This document shows, one piece after another, positions 58,915-64,000 of a stretch of 64,000 bases of DNA. Source of the stretch: Bacteroidia bacterium (GTDB taxonomy: Bacteria > Bacteroidota > Bacteroidia > Bacteroidales > VadinHA17); the NCBI GenBank assembly GCA_026391475.1, contig JAPLED010000112.1:12406-76405 (forward strand), in the 5' to 3' direction. The position numbers and the translations under genes are program-made. Numbering within the stretch: position 1 is the stretch's first letter; each line of letters starts with the position of its first letter. The notes under the pieces are model-generated. The model searched no databases. It was not told the origin of the DNA and worked only from the letters and a program-made list of their open reading frames with translations.

Positions 58915-61911
58915 ATGCAGAATAAAGCAGCTATCATCGTTCTGGCAATTGCATTAGGGTTGGTATCTATCTACCAGCTTTCATTTACTGGCGCTACCTA
59001 CAAGGTTAAAAAAGAAGCCAGAGCATATGCAAAAGGAAACCTGGTAAAGGAAACTCAATACCTTGATTCAATTTCCACTTTGACGAAGGAACAATGGAGT
59101 TTCCTGGGGAACACTTTCAAAGAGTGTCAGAAAAAAGAGCTGAACCTCGGCCTTGACCTTAAAGGAGGTATGAATGTGATCCTTGAAGTATCTGTTGAAG
59201 ATATTTTAAGGGCTCTTTCTAATTATAATCCGGATAAAACATTCAATGCGGCTCTTGCCCGTGCAAAAGAGCTTCAGAAACAGAGTCAGGCTGATTACCT
59301 TACCCTTTTCGGCAGAGCTTTCCAGGAAGTTGATCCTAATGCCAAACTTGCTTCAATCTTTGGCACCGTTGACCTGAAAGAAAAAATCAATTTCAATTCA
59401 ACAAATGCTGATGTTTTGAAGGTACTTGATGACGAAGTATCAGGCGCTATTACAAATGCTTTCAACATCCTGCGTACCAGGATAGACCGTTTTGGCGTTG
59501 TTCAGCCTAACATTACACAGCTCTCAACAAAAGGACGTATTCTCATCGAATTACCAGGTCAGACCAACCCCAAACGAGTCAGGGAACTGCTTTCGGGTAC
59601 TGCAAACCTGGAATTCTGGGAGTGTTATGAAAACAGTGAGATTATCGGCTACTTATCTCAGGCTAATAATCTTCTGAAAGAAATCCGTTCTAACACTGAT
59701 AATGTTATAACAACAACCACTGAACCAAAAGCTGCAGGTGTTCTTTCCGACACGACAAAAAAGGATCAATCGCTTCTCGACCTGATCGAAAAAGATACAA
59801 CTAAAGTGGAAGGAGCCTCAACACGCGAGGAATTTGCACTTCAGAATCCTTTGTTTGGTCTGCTAAATCCCCGGGTAAATGAAAAGGGACAACCTTTGTC
59901 AACAAGTATGGTCGGGCTTGCAAGCTCAAAAGATACTGCGCGGGTTAACGCTTTACTGAAAATGAATCAGATTAAGACTCTTTTTCCACGCGATCTTAAA
60001 TTGGCATGGAGTCAGAATCCTTATAAATGGGACCCTACAAAAACATTATTTGAACTTCATGCAATAAAGATTACAACCCGCGACGGACGTCCGCCCCTAA
60101 ATGGAGATGTTATTACTTCTGCAAGAACCTCTTCAGGAATTACCGGTTCGGAAATAAAAGTCGATATGTCGATGAATTCCGAGGGCGCAAAGATATGGGC
60201 AAGAATAACACGCGAAAACATCGGACGATCCGTTATAGTTCTTCTCGATGGTTCCGTTCGCTCATCTGCAACAGTTCAGGGTGAGATTTCCGGAGGTAAT
60301 ACAGAAATAACAGGTGGTTTCACAATTGAGGAAGCTGATGACCTGGCTAACATTCTTAAATCAGGTAAACTGCCTGCACCGGCAAGAATAATATCAGATA
60401 CCATTGTCGGACCAACCCTTGGAAAAGAAGCAATTAGTTCAGGGTTTATTTCATTTATCATAGCATTCGCATTTGTTCTGGGATTTATGATATTCTATTA
60501 CAGCAAGAGTGCAGGGACAATTGCAAATATTGCCCTCGTTGCCAATATATTTCTCCTTTTCGGTGTGCTTGCTTCACTGAGTGCAGTGCTTACACTTCCG
60601 GGCATTGCCGGTATTGTGCTGACAATGGGTATGGCTGTTGATGCGAACGTGCTTATTTATGAACGTATCAGGGAGGAACTAAGAGCAGGAAAGGGAATAA
60701 AGCTCGCCATTGCAGACGGTTACAGACATGCTTATTCGGCAATTATTGACTCAAATGTTACAACAATCCTTACAGGTATTGTACTTTACGTATTTGGAAC
60801 AGGTCCGATAAAAGGCTTCGCTACAACTCTTGTTATTGGTATTCTGACATCAATGTTCACAGCAATATTCATTACGAGAATAATTTATGAAAGTCTTCTG
60901 AAAAGGAACGCCAATCTCACATTCTCGATTAAGATAACGGCCAATGTGTTCAAACACACTAAGATAGATTTTATCGGGTTGAGAAAATATTTTTATATTG
61001 TTTCAGGAGTCATTCTGTTGGCAGGTGTTGTTTCATTATTTGTCAGGGGACTTAATCCCGGGATCGACTTTACAGGAGGACGTACGTATGTTGTAAGATT
61101 TGATAAGCCTGTAATTACAGAAGACATTGCAGCCAGACTTACCGCATCATTCGGAGATCTGCCGCAGGTAGTTACTTTCGGAAACGAAAAACAGGTAAAG
61201 ATCACAACTAAATACAAGATCAATGAAACCGGAGTTGACGATGAGGTTGAAACCAAATTGTATGACGGATTAAAAGGAGTTGTCGGTGGTGATATCAGCA
61301 AGGAAGATTTTCTAAGTAAGTACAGGGTAAGTTCTGAGTCCGTCGGTCCTGTCGTGGCTGCCGATATAAAGATCAATGCTTTCTTCGCAGTTGGTATTGC
61401 ACTTATTCTCATCTTCTTATATATATTCATGAGATTCCGTTACTGGCAATATGGTTTCGGAGCTGTGATGTCATTATTTCATGATGTGCTGCTCGTTATA
61501 GGAGTTTATTCGATTTTCTGGGGCCTCATGCCTTTCTCAATGGAGATTGACCAGGCATTTATTGCAGCGATACTTACTGTAATAGGGTTCTCGGTCAACG
61601 ATACGGTAATCGTTTTCGACAGGCTAAGGGAATATATCCCACTGTATCGTAAACGACCTATGAAAGAGGTTCTTAATATGGCTATAAACTCAACCCTGAG
61701 CAGAACGATAAACACTACCTTGACTGTGATGCTCACAATAATTGCCATGTTCATCTTTGGCGGCGCAGTAATCCGCGGATTCATGTTCGCCCTTATGGTA
61801 GGGATCGGAACAGGAGTATATTCATCTGTGTTCGTTGCTACTGCATTGATGTATGACACAACTCCGAATAAAGATGCCGGTATTGATTCAAAAGCCAGAC
61901 TTCAGGCTTAG
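58915..61911 (+). CDS. secDF: fused protein translocase subunit SecDF
   Basis: 998 aa with a SecD periplasmic domain followed by two 6-TM bundles. Motifs LPGIAGIVLTMGMAVDANVLIYERIRE and GFSVNDTVIVFDRLRE. Confidence 0.95.
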   Translation: MQNKAAIIVLAIALGLVSIYQLSFTGATYKVKKEARAYAKGNLVKETQYLDSISTLTKEQWSFLGNTFKECQKKELNLGLDLKGGMNVILEVSVEDILRALSNYNPDKTFNAALARAKELQKQSQADYLTLFGRAFQEVDPNAKLASIFGTVDLKEKINFNSTNADVLKVLDDEVSGAITNAFNILRTRIDRFGVVQPNITQLSTKGRILIELPGQTNPKRVRELLSGTANLEFWECYENSEIIGYLSQANNLLKEIRSNTDNVITTTTEPKAAGVLSDTTKKDQSLLDLIEKDTTKVEGASTREEFALQNPLFGLLNPRVNEKGQPLSTSMVGLASSKDTARVNALLKMNQIKTLFPRDLKLAWSQNPYKWDPTKTLFELHAIKITTRDGRPPLNGDVITSARTSSGITGSEIKVDMSMNSEGAKIWARITRENIGRSVIVLLDGSVRSSATVQGEISGGNTEITGGFTIEEADDLANILKSGKLPAPARIISDTIVGPTLGKEAISSGFISFIIAFAFVLGFMIFYYSKSAGTIANIALVANIFLLFGVLASLSAVLTLPGIAGIVLTMGMAVDANVLIYERIREELRAGKGIKLAIADGYRHAYSAIIDSNVTTILTGIVLYVFGTGPIKGFATTLVIGILTSMFTAIFITRIIYESLLKRNANLTFSIKITANVFKHTKIDFIGLRKYFYIVSGVILLAGVVSLFVRGLNPGIDFTGGRTYVVRFDKPVITEDIAARLTASFGDLPQVVTFGNEKQVKITTKYKINETGVDDEVETKLYDGLKGVVGGDISKEDFLSKYRVSSESVGPVVAADIKINAFFAVGIALILIFLYIFMRFRYWQYGFGAVMSLFHDVLLVIGVYSIFWGLMPFSMEIDQAFIAAILTVIGFSVNDTVIVFDRLREYIPLYRKRPMKEVLNMAINSTLSRTINTTLTVMLTIIAMFIFGGAVIRGFMFALMVGIGTGVYSSVFVATALMYDTTPNKDAGIDSKARLQA

Positions 61912-61989
61912 ATTTAATTTCTATGAATATCATTAAACTTTTCTAACTTTGCCTTACATAAATGAAGGAACATTTACTACAATTTTTTT

Positions 61990-62403
61990 ATGAGCGGACA
62001 GGAAATATTTGTTATTGTCATTGTTGCACTTCTACTGTTTGGTGCCGAGAAGCTTCCGGATATTGCTAGAACTCTGGGAAAGGGAATGCGTGATTTTAAA
62101 AAAGCCACCGATGAGATAAGGAGAGAACTGGAGACAAGCACTAAAGATATACGGCAGGATCTGAGCGATGTTACTGATTCATTAAAGAGAGATGTAACCA
62201 ATTTTTCAGACAATATCACAAAGGATGTAAATGAGGTTTCTGATTCTATCAAGAACGATATGAATGATGTTACTTCCAAAGTCCGGCAGGATATGAATGA
62301 GGTTACTGATACTATTCAGAAGGATGTTAATGAGGTTGTTGATAGTGTTGAGAAAGATACGAACGACATTTCCGATGGTTATTATAAAGAGGTGAACGAC
62401 TAG
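61990..62403 (+). CDS. tatA: TatA/E-family twin-arginine translocase subunit with a repeat-containing C-terminal extension
   Basis: The core [34 protein letters not shown] is a TM plus amphipathic helix, followed by eight 11-residue repeats. Confidence 0.85.
   Translation: MSGQEIFVIVIVALLLFGAEKLPDIARTLGKGMRDFKKATDEIRRELETSTKDIRQDLSDVTDSLKRDVTNFSDNITKDVNEVSDSIKNDMNDVTSKVRQDMNEVTDTIQKDVNEVVDSVEKDTNDISDGYYKEVND
62140..62400 (+). repeat. eight in-frame 33-nt (11-aa) coding repeats
   Basis: Units: [11 protein letters not shown] / [11 protein letters not shown] / [11 protein letters not shown] / [11 protein letters not shown] / [11 protein letters not shown] / [11 protein letters not shown] / [11 protein letters not shown] / [10 protein letters not shown]. 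Confidence 0.8.
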
Positions 62404-62410
62404 CTGCGTT

Positions 62411-63070
62411 ATGATAAGAACAGCCGGTATTACAAAAGCATACGGAGAGCTTAAGGTTCTGAAAGGGATCGATATTCAGATTGAAGATAAGGAGGTAGTC
62501 TCAATCGTTGGGGCCAGTGGTGCCGGAAAAACAACTCTTCTTCAGATAATAGGAACACTCGACCGTCCTGATGGCGGTACAATTTTTTATAACGGTTCGG
62601 ATATAAGCCGGATTAAAGGAAAAGCTCTCGCCGCTTTCCGGAATAATAATATCGGATTTGTTTTTCAGTTTCATCAGCTGCTTCCTGAATTCACAGCTCT
62701 CGAAAATGTCTGTATCCCTTCATATATAGCCGGTAAAAGCAAAATTGAGGCTGAAAAAAGAGCGACTGAACTCCTTGGATTTCTTAACCTTTCTGAAAGA
62801 CTCGAGCATAAACCTTCAGAGCTCAGCGGTGGGGAACAACAGCGCGTTGCTGTTGCCCGGGCTCTTGTAAATAACCCTTCAGTTATTCTTGCTGATGAAC
62901 CGTCAGGCAATCTCGATACGGAGAATAAAAATGAACTTCATAAGTTATTCTTTAAACTCAGGGATACCTTTGGCCAGACTATCATAATCGTTACGCACGA
63001 CCGCCAGTTGGCAGGTATGTCGGACAGGATACTTCAGATTAAAGACGGACTTATTGTAAATGAGTCTTAA
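62411..63070 (+). CDS. ABC transporter ATP-binding protein (LolD/MacB-ATPase-like)
   Basis: Walker [10 protein letters not shown], signature LSGGEQQR and Walker B ILADEPSG. 219 aa. It is the only ABC ATPase in the window. Confidence 0.85.
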   Translation: MIRTAGITKAYGELKVLKGIDIQIEDKEVVSIVGASGAGKTTLLQIIGTLDRPDGGTIFYNGSDISRIKGKALAAFRNNNIGFVFQFHQLLPEFTALENVCIPSYIAGKSKIEAEKRATELLGFLNLSERLEHKPSELSGGEQQRVAVARALVNNPSVILADEPSGNLDTENKNELHKLFFKLRDTFGQTIIIVTHDRQLAGMSDRILQIKDGLIVNES

Positions 63071-63854
63071 ACGATCATACAACGGCATCCCCACCGGTGA
63101 AATAAAAGTGTTTCTCGAAGAAAAATACCTTCAGTATAATAATCCTTCTTTTATTGCCTGCGATCCTGTCTCCATTCCTCATAGTTTTACAGATCGTCGT
63201 GACAGGGAGATTTCCGGATTTCTGACAGCTGCAATTGCCTGGGGACGCAGAGATCTTATTCTGAGAAGCAGCCGGTTAATGGTTGAATTAATGGAAAATG
63301 TTCCTTATGAGTTTTTAACGACTGCCGGTGAAAAAGAACTTGACAGATTATCTGTATTTGTGCACCGGACTTTCAATGGGTCCGATTTTAAATACTTTAT
63401 TAAAGGGCTCAGACTTATCTATTCAAACTACAATAGTATGGAAGAGGTTATACTTCAGGGGATGAAAGATGGCGGATCATTAAAAGAGGGTTTGTCTCAC
63501 CTTCGTTCTCTCTTTTTCTCTCTTCCCCACGCAACAAGAAATGAAAAACACTTTGCCGATATTATGGGAGGAGCAGCCGGAAAAAGATTGAACATGTTTC
63601 TCAGATGGATGGTTCGTAAAGATAATCATGGTGTTGACTTCGGTATATGGGAAAAAATTGATCCGGCGATGCTTTATATCCCATTAGACCTTCATTCAGG
63701 TAATACTGCACGACGTCTTGGTTTGTTATCCAGAAAGATGAATGACTGGAAGGCGGTTGAGGAATTGACAGAAGTTCTCCGGGAGTTTGATCATGCAGAC
63801 CCGGTAAAATATGATTTTGCACTTTTTGGTCTGGGGGTGAATGAAAAGTTCTGA
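63060..63854 (+). CDS. TIGR02757/DUF2400-family protein, function unknown
   Basis: Motifs [33 protein letters not shown] and [13 protein letters not shown], recalled as typical of this family. Overlaps the ATPase gene end by 11 nt. Confidence 0.65.
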   Translation: MSLKRSYNGIPTGEIKVFLEEKYLQYNNPSFIACDPVSIPHSFTDRRDREISGFLTAAIAWGRRDLILRSSRLMVELMENVPYEFLTTAGEKELDRLSVFVHRTFNGSDFKYFIKGLRLIYSNYNSMEEVILQGMKDGGSLKEGLSHLRSLFFSLPHATRNEKHFADIMGGAAGKRLNMFLRWMVRKDNHGVDFGIWEKIDPAMLYIPLDLHSGNTARRLGLLSRKMNDWKAVEELTEVLREFDHADPVKYDFALFGLGVNEKF

Positions 63855-63856
63855 CA

Positions 63857-64000
63857 ATGGCCAATAATTATTTCAGTTTTAAACAATTCATAATTTACCA
63901 GGATAAGTCAGCCTTTAAAGTAGGGACTGATGGTATTCTGCTTGGGGCCGTTACTGATATTGCCGGTTTGAAAAGAATTCTTGAAATAGGTACAGGGACA
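63857..64000 (+). CDS. tRNA1(Val) (adenine37-N6)-methyltransferase-like SAM methyltransferase, N-terminal fragment (runs off the window)
   Basis: The translation [48 protein letters not shown] matches the F.FKQF.I.Q...A.KVGTDG.LLGA...ILDIGTGTG pattern of YfiC/TrmN6-like enzymes. Confidence 0.7.
   Translation, partial: MANNYFSFKQFIIYQDKSAFKVGTDGILLGAVTDIAGLKRILEIGTGT

Noticed and set aside
1-64000. Searched for mobile elements, prophage or defence islands, toxin-antitoxin pairs, tRNA, rRNA or tmRNA genes, and riboswitches.
   Set aside because: No transposase, integrase, phage, restriction or cas-like ORFs were seen. No cloverleaf-like or rRNA-like sequence appears in the few intergenic regions. 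Every ORF over 130 aa outside known genes is accounted for. This is a by-eye assessment, so small ncRNAs cannot be excluded.

Overview
This window is a moderately AT-rich chromosomal segment that looks like Bacteroidota. The evidence is gene content, TAnnTTTG-type promoter boxes, no obvious Shine-Dalgarno use, lipoprotein-rich ORFs and Bacteroidota-style FtsZ, FtsL and PBP3-PASTA proteins. It is mostly housekeeping. The centrepiece is a complete, translationally coupled dcw cluster at 5070-20392: mraZ-rsmH-ftsL-ftsI-murE-mraY-murD-ftsW-murG-murC-ftsQ-ftsA-ftsZ, with no murF, ddl or murB inside. A triple 10-bp AAGTGGAGTA repeat, a candidate MraZ operator, precedes it. Clusters of GC-rich mini-hairpin repeats lie on both sides. 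Other core genes are purF, a glsA/glsB-like glycine-lipid acyltransferase pair, cysE-cysK, an aminotransferase, valS, nadC, rlmH, der, era, a pseudouridine synthase, glmM, secDF, tatA, a LolD-like ATPase and a NamZ-like muramidase. I saw no tRNA, rRNA, CRISPR array, transposase, integrase or phage genes. The less ordinary content is listed here. (1) Two tandem double-FtsX (MacB-like) permease genes of about 780 aa have no ATPase gene and lie divergent from a sigma-54 response regulator and a histidine kinase that has almost no periplasmic loop; this resembles a Bce-type module. A decayed third permease 3' end lies between the two permease genes. (2) An orphan 1233-aa polytopic NtrY-like histidine kinase. 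(3) A MacA/MacB-permease/TolC operon has no ATPase gene, and its adaptor carries an Arg/Gln/Met/Thr-rich repeat tail. (4) A TatA protein carries eight 11-residue repeats. (5) A lipoprotein carries three tandem domains of about 100 aa. (6) Short 8-nt and 7-nt tandem repeats abut stop codons in convergent intergenic regions. (7) Small perfect palindromes recur in the window. All functional calls rest on motif recognition by eye; no database search was run.
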